Made by a program: the position numbers and the translations under genes
Notes under the pieces: generated by a model
What the model saw: the letters and a program-made list of their open reading frames with translations, nothing else
Databases searched by the model: none
What the model was told of the DNA's origin: nothing
In this document: positions 27,895 through 34,708 of the stretch, in pieces
Position numbering within the stretch: the first letter of the stretch is position 1
How the letters are laid out: every line of letters begins with the position of its first letter
DNA from: an uncultured Acetobacteraceae bacterium
Lineage (GTDB): Bacteria > Acidobacteriota > Terriglobia > Terriglobales > Acidobacteriaceae
Direction of reading: 5' to 3'
DNA: 34,708 bases
Assembly: GCA_964658125.1 (NCBI GenBank)
Contig: CAZZYB010000001.1
Location: 1 to 34,708, forward strand

Positions 27895-29475
27895 TTGAGT
27901 CCAAATCGTCGAACACCTTCAAAAGTCGGACGTACGCCGAGGGGCCGGACCTGTCTGCGAGCTGTTGTGGTGTGCCTAAGTGCAATGCTCGCGATTTTCG
28001 GCGCCTATGCCCAGCCGTCCAATCCGATGCTGCCCGGCGATCATCCTGATCCAACCATCATTCGTGTCGGAAATACGTACTGGACCACCAGCACCTCAGG
28101 CAACTGGGCGCCGCAATTTCCGCTATACCGCTCTGCGGACCTTCAGCATTGGACAGCGGCAGGAGTCGTCTTCCCGCAGACACCTGCGTGGGCAACCGGG
28201 GACTTCTGGGCGCCGGAGCTTGTCGCCGATGGAGGACGAGTTCTTCTCTTCTATGTCGCCCGCAAACGCGGTGGTTCGCTCTGTGTTGCCGTGGCGACGG
28301 CTCCAACGCCTCCGGGCCCCTACACCGACCACGGTCCCATCCAGTGCGAGCCGGACGGCTCCATCGATCCCTCTTTTGTGCGCGACGAAAACGGACAGCC
28401 GTTCCTCATCTGGAAGGAGGATGGCAACTCGATTGGAAAGCCCACACCCATCTGGGCGCAGCCACTTTCCGCCGATCTCCTCCATCTCACCGGCAGCAGG
28501 ACGCAGTTACTTGTGAATGACCCCACAAGCTGGGAAGGCGGCGTGGTCGAAGGACCATTCATCTTCCGGCACCAGGGACAGTTCTTCCTGTTCTACGCCG
28601 GCAACGCATGCTGCGGTGTGAAGTGCAACTACGCCGAAGGTGTCGCGCGTGCCAGCCATCTCCTCGGCCCGTGGACAAAGGACCCCCGCAATCCCATCAT
28701 CCCTCCCAACGGCGCCTGGAAATGCCCCGGGCACGGCACGGCTGTACACACTGCTGCCGGTGCTGACTACCTGCTCTATCACGCATACCCCTCGTCAGGA
28801 ACGGTATATCTCGGCCGCGAGTCGGTGCTCGATCGCATCACCTGGACTGCCGACGGCTGGCCCGTGGTCAATTCAGGCCGCGGACCATCTGGGGGCAATG
28901 TAGCCGACAGCCCTGCACCTCCGCAGGTTGCGTTTCAGGACAACTTCGATCATCAGCAACTCGATCCGGAGTGGAAGTGGCCCATCGGGCATCCTCCTGC
29001 ATTTAGCCTAGGTAAAGCTCAGCTGACGATCGAGCCCTCGAATGACGGACAACCGGTTTTCATCGGCCGCTCCTTGACGGCAAACAGTTACTCCGCCACT
29101 GTCGGTGTTGTCCACGATGCGAAGACCGACGGCGGGCTCGCCATCATTGGCGATAGAAGCAACCAGGTCATGCTGGCGGTTCGCGGCTCTGACCTTGAAC
29201 TCTCCCGCAGGAACAATGGTCAGGATGAGGTCCTCTGGAAGTCTGCCCTCCCCAATCCTGAGCGGACCGTCTGGCTTCGTGTAAGTTCCAACCATGCACA
29301 TGCAAGCTTCAGCTACAGTCTCGATCACACCCATTGGACCGATGCTGGCACCGCCTCCGATCTCGCCGGCCTGCCGCCGTGGGACCAGGGACTTCGCATT
29401 GGATTGGTCGCTAACTCATCGCCGGGTACGCATGTGAGCTTCGTCCATTTCGCACTCGACGACGTGAAGAATTAG
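27895..29475 (+). CDS. Glycoside hydrolase family 43 (arabinanase/xylosidase-like) with C-terminal beta-sandwich domain
   Basis: Five-bladed propeller motifs HPDP, WAPE, SIDP, VEGP and PGHG; signal peptide. The true start may be downstream (about 27967-27985). Confidence 0.9.
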   Translation: MSPNRRTPSKVGRTPRGRTCLRAVVVCLSAMLAIFGAYAQPSNPMLPGDHPDPTIIRVGNTYWTTSTSGNWAPQFPLYRSADLQHWTAAGVVFPQTPAWATGDFWAPELVADGGRVLLFYVARKRGGSLCVAVATAPTPPGPYTDHGPIQCEPDGSIDPSFVRDENGQPFLIWKEDGNSIGKPTPIWAQPLSADLLHLTGSRTQLLVNDPTSWEGGVVEGPFIFRHQGQFFLFYAGNACCGVKCNYAEGVARASHLLGPWTKDPRNPIIPPNGAWKCPGHGTAVHTAAGADYLLYHAYPSSGTVYLGRESVLDRITWTADGWPVVNSGRGPSGGNVADSPAPPQVAFQDNFDHQQLDPEWKWPIGHPPAFSLGKAQLTIEPSNDGQPVFIGRSLTANSYSATVGVVHDAKTDGGLAIIGDRSNQVMLAVRGSDLELSRRNNGQDEVLWKSALPNPERTVWLRVSSNHAHASFSYSLDHTHWTDAGTASDLAGLPPWDQGLRIGLVANSSPGTHVSFVHFALDDVKN

Positions 29476-29505
29476 CGCATCACCGCCCAGGCGAACCCTA
29501 CAGAG

Positions 29506-30507
29506 TCATGGCGCGCTGCCCGGCGCGAGACTCGCCGCGTGTCCCAGCTCCGTAGCCCGAAGCAATTCCCGATCGCCCTCGTCTTTCTTCCCCAGGCGAA
29601 CAAGCGTCAGCCCACGATAGTAGTGCGCAGGCGCATAGTCCGGAGCCGCTTTCACCGCTGCCGTGAGATAGCCCTCCGCCCGCGAATAATCCCTCGCCCG
29701 ATACGCCAGAATGCCCATCCCCGTCAGCGCACCGCCGTGATTCGGATCACGATCCAGCGTCCTGCGAAACAGCGGCTGCGCTTGCGCGTCACGGTGCGCG
29801 TCGAGTTCAAGCTGCCCGATCTGGTAGTACGACTCCGTCTGCACGGGCTGCAACGTGATCGACCGCTGAAACTCGGCGCGGGCCTCGTCCGCGCGCTGCT
29901 CCATCGCCAGGATGTGCCCCAGACCAAAGTGCGCCGTAGCATCGTTGGGCCTGGCCGCCAGATAGGTCCGTATGTGCGACTCGGCCGCAGGCAGGTGCTG
30001 CTGCTCAATCTCAACGCGCGCCAGCATGTAGAGGATGTCGAGGTCGTCAGGCCGAAGCTTGTGAGCAAGCGCTAAAGCCTCCGAAGCCTCGCGCAATGCA
30101 TGGACTTCAAGCGCCTCAGAGCCGAGTTCAAACAAAAGCTGCGGCTCGTCCAGCAGCTTGCTGCGCGCATGTTCGAGCACCTGCAGCGCCACCTCGGGAT
30201 GACCCGCCTGGTGCGCCGAAAGGGCCAACTCCGTGGCCGCCGCAACCTCTCCTTTTCGTGCCGCTGCGTTCAAGGGTTCGACCCCGAGCACTGACTCAAA
30301 GCGATCCATGGCCTCTGGATCATGGTGATCCGCCAACAAAGCCGTCCCGACGCGAATATTTTCCGCAATCGACCCCGGCGCCGCCGCGGGCGTCCCACTC
30401 TGCGCGCCTGCCGTGGCGACGGTGAGAAGCGCTCCTACGGCGACCATCCTTGCGCAGTAGCGCTGCGACCCACGACCATGACGTAGCTCAAAACCGAACG
30501 AAGTCAT
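29506..30507 (-). CDS. Exported tetratricopeptide-repeat protein
   Basis: Multiple TPRs (e.g. ATAHFGLGHIL, ESYYQIGQL, PAHYYRGLTL). ATG 30507 overlaps the upstream TGA (ATGA), so the ORF-track extension to 30684 is unlikely. Confidence 0.85.
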   Translation of the reverse strand: MTSFGFELRHGRGSQRYCARMVAVGALLTVATAGAQSGTPAAAPGSIAENIRVGTALLADHHDPEAMDRFESVLGVEPLNAAARKGEVAAATELALSAHQAGHPEVALQVLEHARSKLLDEPQLLFELGSEALEVHALREASEALALAHKLRPDDLDILYMLARVEIEQQHLPAAESHIRTYLAARPNDATAHFGLGHILAMEQRADEARAEFQRSITLQPVQTESYYQIGQLELDAHRDAQAQPLFRRTLDRDPNHGGALTGMGILAYRARDYSRAEGYLTAAVKAAPDYAPAHYYRGLTLVRLGKKDEGDRELLRATELGHAASLAPGSAP

Positions 30508-31700
30508 GGCTGCTTTGGCGTTGGCGGCGCGTCCGGTGCAACCGCGGCTCCGGCCGCAGCCTGTTTGGCCGTCACTTCCTTCTGCTGCTGTGCGAGATCG
30601 AGCAGCCGCTTCAACTCCGCCAGCGCATGCTGCGAGTCGGTTTTGCGATTGAGCTTCTGATAAACCCGGCCAAGCTGATACCAAGCCCCTTGCTCAATAA
30701 AAGGCGAAGGATGATTCGCCAAAGAATCCTCCAGCCAATGGGCCGCCTCCGCATTCTGTCCAAGCTCTGCCAGCCCCAGCCCGAGGTAGAAGGACGTTGG
30801 CGCCGGGCTGGCATGCGCCGCCTGCGCCTTATGTAAGAGCGCCACGCCGTCCGCAGGTTGTCCGCGCTCAACGTCCATTCGCCCAAGGTTATAGAGCGCC
30901 AGCGCACTGTGCGGGTTCAGCTCCAATTCCTTCTGATAGGCCTGCCTGGCCGCATCGATTCGGCTGATCTTCTGATTCGCATCCGCCAGTGCATCGTACA
31001 GATCGGGGTTCGAAGCATCTTTCTTGATCGCCGCCTCGTACTCCGCAATCGCCTTCTCCGGCTGCCCTGCCACCTCAAAACTCTCCGCCATTCCGCGATG
31101 AACCAGCGCCGAATCGGGATCAAGCTGGCTCAACTCCCGGTACGCCGCCTCGGCCACCAGCATGTGCGCACGGGCACGGTAATACAGCGTTTGCGGGTCC
31201 TTCGGATTGAGTGCCGCCGCCTCATCCAGCGGTGCAGTCGCCTGCTCAGGATGCCCAGCGCCCAACTCCACGACGCCAAGCCATGTAAGCGCTTCAGTGT
31301 TCCCCGGCCTCAACGCAATCTCAGCCTTGAGCGCAGTTGCTGCGGACTCGGGCTGACCTACCTGATACTCCGCGATTCCCAAGAAAAGATGGGCTCCTGG
31401 CAACTTCGGGTTCAGCTCCGTCGCGCGACTCAGTGCCTGGATCGCATCATCGATCTCGCCGCGCCGGAGCTGTACTAGACCCAGGCCAAGATAAGCGTCA
31501 GAGAACGATGGCGCCGCCGCGGTGGCTTTCCTGAATTGCACTTCCGCTTCCTGAAGGTTGCCGCGCTGCATAGCATCTCGACCGGTGCGGATGGTCTGAA
31601 TAACCGCAGCCTGCTCCGGACTCTGAGATTTGACGGCAGGTGCTTGCAGCGATAATGCCACCTGCGCGAGTGCCAATAGGATGAACCGAATCTTACGCAT
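30504..31700 (-). CDS. Exported tetratricopeptide-repeat protein
   Basis: Signal peptide, then tandem TPRs (DAYLGLGLV, GAHLFLGIA, ALYNLGRM, AWYQLGRVY). Confidence 0.88.
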   Translation of the reverse strand: MRKIRFILLALAQVALSLQAPAVKSQSPEQAAVIQTIRTGRDAMQRGNLQEAEVQFRKATAAAPSFSDAYLGLGLVQLRRGEIDDAIQALSRATELNPKLPGAHLFLGIAEYQVGQPESAATALKAEIALRPGNTEALTWLGVVELGAGHPEQATAPLDEAAALNPKDPQTLYYRARAHMLVAEAAYRELSQLDPDSALVHRGMAESFEVAGQPEKAIAEYEAAIKKDASNPDLYDALADANQKISRIDAARQAYQKELELNPHSALALYNLGRMDVERGQPADGVALLHKAQAAHASPAPTSFYLGLGLAELGQNAEAAHWLEDSLANHPSPFIEQGAWYQLGRVYQKLNRKTDSQHALAELKRLLDLAQQQKEVTAKQAAAGAAVAPDAPPTPKQP

Positions 31701-31764
31701 TTTGACTTCTTCCAGTTATACCTCGAAAAAATAAACAAAGAATCCCTCCCGCGCTTTCACAAAT

Positions 31765-31799
31765 AACGGTGCCCATCAGACTGTCTGATGGGCATCGTT
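31765..31799 (-). terminator. Rho-independent terminator-like hairpin after the transporter gene
   Basis: AACGGTGCCCATCAGAC / GTCTGATGGGCATCGTT, a 17-bp inverted repeat with one mismatch. Followed by ATTTGT on the minus strand. Confidence 0.7.
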
Positions 31800-31837
31800 G
31801 ATTCGTTGCGTTTGCGCAGATAGTCGGCGCTCTCTGG

Positions 31838-34708
31838 TTAGAAGTTGAACTTACCCGTCAGCTGGAGATTACGCGGACCATAGTCCGTGTAAGTGGGTAT
31901 TCCGAAGCCGTTACCGGTAGAAACATTTGGATTCAGGTTGGGAAGACCAAAACGATGACGGTTGAAAATATCAATCGCTTCGGCCTTGAATTGAAACACG
32001 TACTTCTCGGTAATGTGGAAGTCCTTTAGAAGGCTTACATCTTCAGACTTGAATGCGGGTCCGGTAACGGCCTGTGTCACACGCGGAATGTTTCCGAGCG
32101 AAAAGGGTGCGAACGAGCACGAACCACCGCCGCAAGCCGGATCAAGGGTACGAGTTCGTCCGGGACCCTCTGCATTTTGGTCAATGAACGCAGCCCCGGC
32201 CAGCGGCACCCCAGGATCGCCCGCACCATTGGTGCCGGCAGGGCGGTAAGCCGGTTTGAACCATGACTGACCGTTGAACTGATTAGGACCATTCTTATTC
32301 GCTTTGAACGCAGCCGTGGTGTAATCGTGAGTTGGTCCCGCAGCCGGTCCCTCAGTAAAGCTGACACAGTTCTGGTAGTAGGGAATGCCGCTGGTACATC
32401 CGAATGAAATGTTTTGCCCAGTCTGGTAGCGCTGAATAGCTCCCACCTCCCAGCCGCCAACCAACAGATCAAGCGCGCGGTTATGGTTCATAAAGTGTCT
32501 GCCCCTGCCAAAGGGCAACTGGTATAGGTAGCTGATCACGAAGGTCTGGGGAATGTTCTGTACGCTGACCGCCTTTTCCAAGCGCAGATTTGTATTGTCC
32601 TGCCCCTGTTCGAGTTGGTTGCCGTTGACGTAACTAAACGGAATTGCTGAGTCCGCATCCGTCAGGGACTTGGACCATGTATAGGACGCCTGCAGATTGA
32701 AGCCCTGCCGGAAGCGGCGCTCGAGCGAAACCACCATGGCGTTATAACTCGAGTGTCCGAGATTTTCCAGGCAGCAGTCCCCTTGGATGAAGTCGTACTG
32801 AGGGAACGGCCGCAAAGCCTGCCCGAGGTTGCCGGCAAATGTAGAGTAGGGCGCCTTGACTCCGCAATTCGAACCACCCTGCGGGATATAGCATTGACCG
32901 GTGTTCAGACGGTCGCCGAGAGCAAAATATTGTTTGGAAATATTGTTGTAGTTCGTCAGATCGCCAGAGCGAAGGTTCTGAGCGACCTGTCCGATATAAC
33001 CCATCTTGAATAGAAGGTCCTGAGCGATTTCATCCTGCAACTGGAGGCTCCAGTTGCTGGTCATCGAGGGCCTGCCATCGCTGGGAACAATCACTTCGCC
33101 GCCAACCGCGTTGAACTGTCCAACACCGCCTGTGAGCTGACCAGGATCGAGACTGGGCGCAAAGCTTACCGCAGAGCCGTCCGCGTTCTTGAAGCCTGTA
33201 TCCAACTGGAAGGACTGCCCGAAGATGCCGCGGTCGGGATGCGCGCGGACCGGGCTACGGCTCTGCGTGTACCCCGCCGACATTGCCCCGCCGAAATCGT
33301 TGTACTGCAGTGGGCCATAGATGATAGCGCCGCCAGCACGAATCACGCCCTTGCCGTTGGTTCCCGGCAGAACGTATGCGAGGCCTACACGCGGTGCAAT
33401 GTCCTTATACCAGGTGTCTGCCCACGCCGTGTTGCAATTGCAATTCGAAGCGAAGACCAGTGCCCCGGGCAGGCCACCGGCGGCCGGATCAGGGGCCGTA
33501 AGGCTTAGTTCTGAAGTTCGGTTCAATGCTTCGTGACGAGGCACGTCCACGTCGTAACGCAAACCCAGATTCACAGTCAGGTTCGGTGTGAACTTGATGT
33601 CATCCTGGACGAAACCGGCAAGATAATGCGAGTTCCAGCGCGGATGGTCGTTGAAGACAGTTTGGCTGGAATCGCCTACCGACCCCAGCAGGAAACTGGC
33701 GAAAGTACTGCCGTCATAAAGATATTGCGGACCAAAGTTTTGAACTGCAGTCTGATCCCGGTAAAAGGTCAGCGAATCGGTGTTGTAGTTGATCACCGAA
33801 TATTGCTGGAACCGTACATCCACGCCAAATTTAAAGCTGTTTCTCCCCTTTTGCCAGCTTACGCTGTCGCTCACCCGGATGCCGTTGTCGATATTCTGGC
33901 CATTCTGCTGCTGTCCCAGCGATGAAACATTTTCCGGGCCAACAAAGTTCAGAATCGGGAAGAACGGCGCAAGGAGACCACCGATGTTCGCAGCATTTGC
34001 GTTTGGTGAGTTGAAACCTGCTCCGAGGTTGATGCTGTTGGTTCGGTTATATCCAAGGTTGAGGTGATTCAGCACCGTTGGCCCGAAGGTATAGTCCCAT
34101 CCCACTCGGCTGTAATGCGTGGTGAAGTCCTGCACGTAGCCGCTGTTATTGAAAGGTGCGGGAAAATCAGGAGCGGCCGTCAGCTTGAAATTTTCGCGTG
34201 TAACGTAACTCGCGAAAATCTTGCTGTGAGTCCCTATGTTCTGGTCGATGCGAATTGTGTAGGACGTGTTCGTGATCGGCTGGTTACCCGTGCTCACATA
34301 ATTGTTGTAGTTTGGAAAGGGAGCGTTAGACTGTCCGGTCTGATTCGGTAATGGAAGACCAGCCAGTAGCTTTTGCGCCGCAGGGCTCAATTGACTGGTC
34401 GGAATTACGTTGACTGTGGCAAACGGAGAGCGGCAATACTGACCGGGAGACGGCCCGGGACGATCAGTGCTCGGATCAAAAATTTCGTTGTAGAAAACCT
34501 GCTGGCCGGTGCATGGGTCAGTGTTGTAAGGCGCGAGGTTCGCCGGTATGGGAGCACCCAGAATATCTCTGAAGTCGCCGGTGCGCTCCGCCGCCGTAGG
34601 TACAGTCGATTGGATCGTAGCGCTTGTATGCAGCTGATACTTTTCCCACGCGAACAGGAAGAACGTCTTATCGCGCTCCAGCGCGTTCAGGAACTGCATG
34701 ATCGGCCG
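31838..34708 (-). CDS. TonB-dependent outer-membrane transporter (Oar-like), 5'-truncated at the window edge
   Basis: DKTFFLFAWE, VPTAAERTGDF, FVQDDIK, APRVGLAY, YQLPFGRGR, C-terminal GKFNF. No signal peptide or plug domain in the window; the frame is open to the edge. Confidence 0.9.
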   Translation of the reverse strand, partial: RPIMQFLNALERDKTFFLFAWEKYQLHTSATIQSTVPTAAERTGDFRDILGAPIPANLAPYNTDPCTGQQVFYNEIFDPSTDRPGPSPGQYCRSPFATVNVIPTSQLSPAAQKLLAGLPLPNQTGQSNAPFPNYNNYVSTGNQPITNTSYTIRIDQNIGTHSKIFASYVTRENFKLTAAPDFPAPFNNSGYVQDFTTHYSRVGWDYTFGPTVLNHLNLGYNRTNSINLGAGFNSPNANAANIGGLLAPFFPILNFVGPENVSSLGQQQNGQNIDNGIRVSDSVSWQKGRNSFKFGVDVRFQQYSVINYNTDSLTFYRDQTAVQNFGPQYLYDGSTFASFLLGSVGDSSQTVFNDHPRWNSHYLAGFVQDDIKFTPNLTVNLGLRYDVDVPRHEALNRTSELSLTAPDPAAGGLPGALVFASNCNCNTAWADTWYKDIAPRVGLAYVLPGTNGKGVIRAGGAIIYGPLQYNDFGGAMSAGYTQSRSPVRAHPDRGIFGQSFQLDTGFKNADGSAVSFAPSLDPGQLTGGVGQFNAVGGEVIVPSDGRPSMTSNWSLQLQDEIAQDLLFKMGYIGQVAQNLRSGDLTNYNNISKQYFALGDRLNTGQCYIPQGGSNCGVKAPYSTFAGNLGQALRPFPQYDFIQGDCCLENLGHSSYNAMVVSLERRFRQGFNLQASYTWSKSLTDADSAIPFSYVNGNQLEQGQDNTNLRLEKAVSVQNIPQTFVISYLYQLPFGRGRHFMNHNRALDLLVGGWEVGAIQRYQTGQNISFGCTSGIPYYQNCVSFTEGPAAGPTHDYTTAAFKANKNGPNQFNGQSWFKPAYRPAGTNGAGDPGVPLAGAAFIDQNAEGPGRTRTLDPACGGGSCSFAPFSLGNIPRVTQAVTGPAFKSEDVSLLKDFHITEKYVFQFKAEAIDIFNRHRFGLPNLNPNVSTGNGFGIPTYTDYGPRNLQLTGKFNF

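Noticed and set aside
30508-30684. N-terminal extension of the 392-aa TPR ORF
   Set aside because: Overlaps the upstream TPR gene; the ATGA-coupled start at 30507 is more plausible.
34660-34708. ORF-track start MQFLNALERDK for the third transporter; residues differ from the usual GGP..IP...G.DK pattern
   Set aside because: The frame is open to the window edge, so this Met is not a real start. The odd residues could be divergence or a contig-end artefact, which cannot be judged here.

Overview
GC-rich bacterial chromosomal window. Gene content points to an Acidobacteriota (Terriglobia-like) genome by inference: three Oar-type TonB-dependent transporters, a TPR + CRTAC1/ASPIC-UnbV module, and M14/S9 exported peptidases. 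Left to right: (1) a translationally coupled histidine-utilisation operon hutH(5'-truncated)-hutU-hutI-hutF ending in an ArgE/M20 deacylase where hutG would normally be; (2) a convergent minus-strand peptide/amino-acid foraging region: S9 peptidase, TonB-dependent transporter, M14 carboxypeptidase, a decayed IS3 fragment, TauE/SafE permease, Tat-exported HisC-like aminotransferase, and a second transporter with a consensus sigma70 promoter and ~400-nt leader; (3) a compact three-gene operon, my best candidate for an undescribed system: an 82-aa signal-peptide/YVDPGSG/transmembrane/basic-tail microprotein, a NoeA-like kinase-like + SAM-methyltransferase fusion, and a membrane-anchored LtaS/EptA-like alkaline-phosphatase-superfamily enzyme; (4) a transporter(5'-truncated)-TPR-TPR-CRTAC1 module interrupted by an opposite-strand GH43 gene. 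I saw no rRNA, tRNA or CRISPR array. All calls come from reading motifs by eye; no searches were run.
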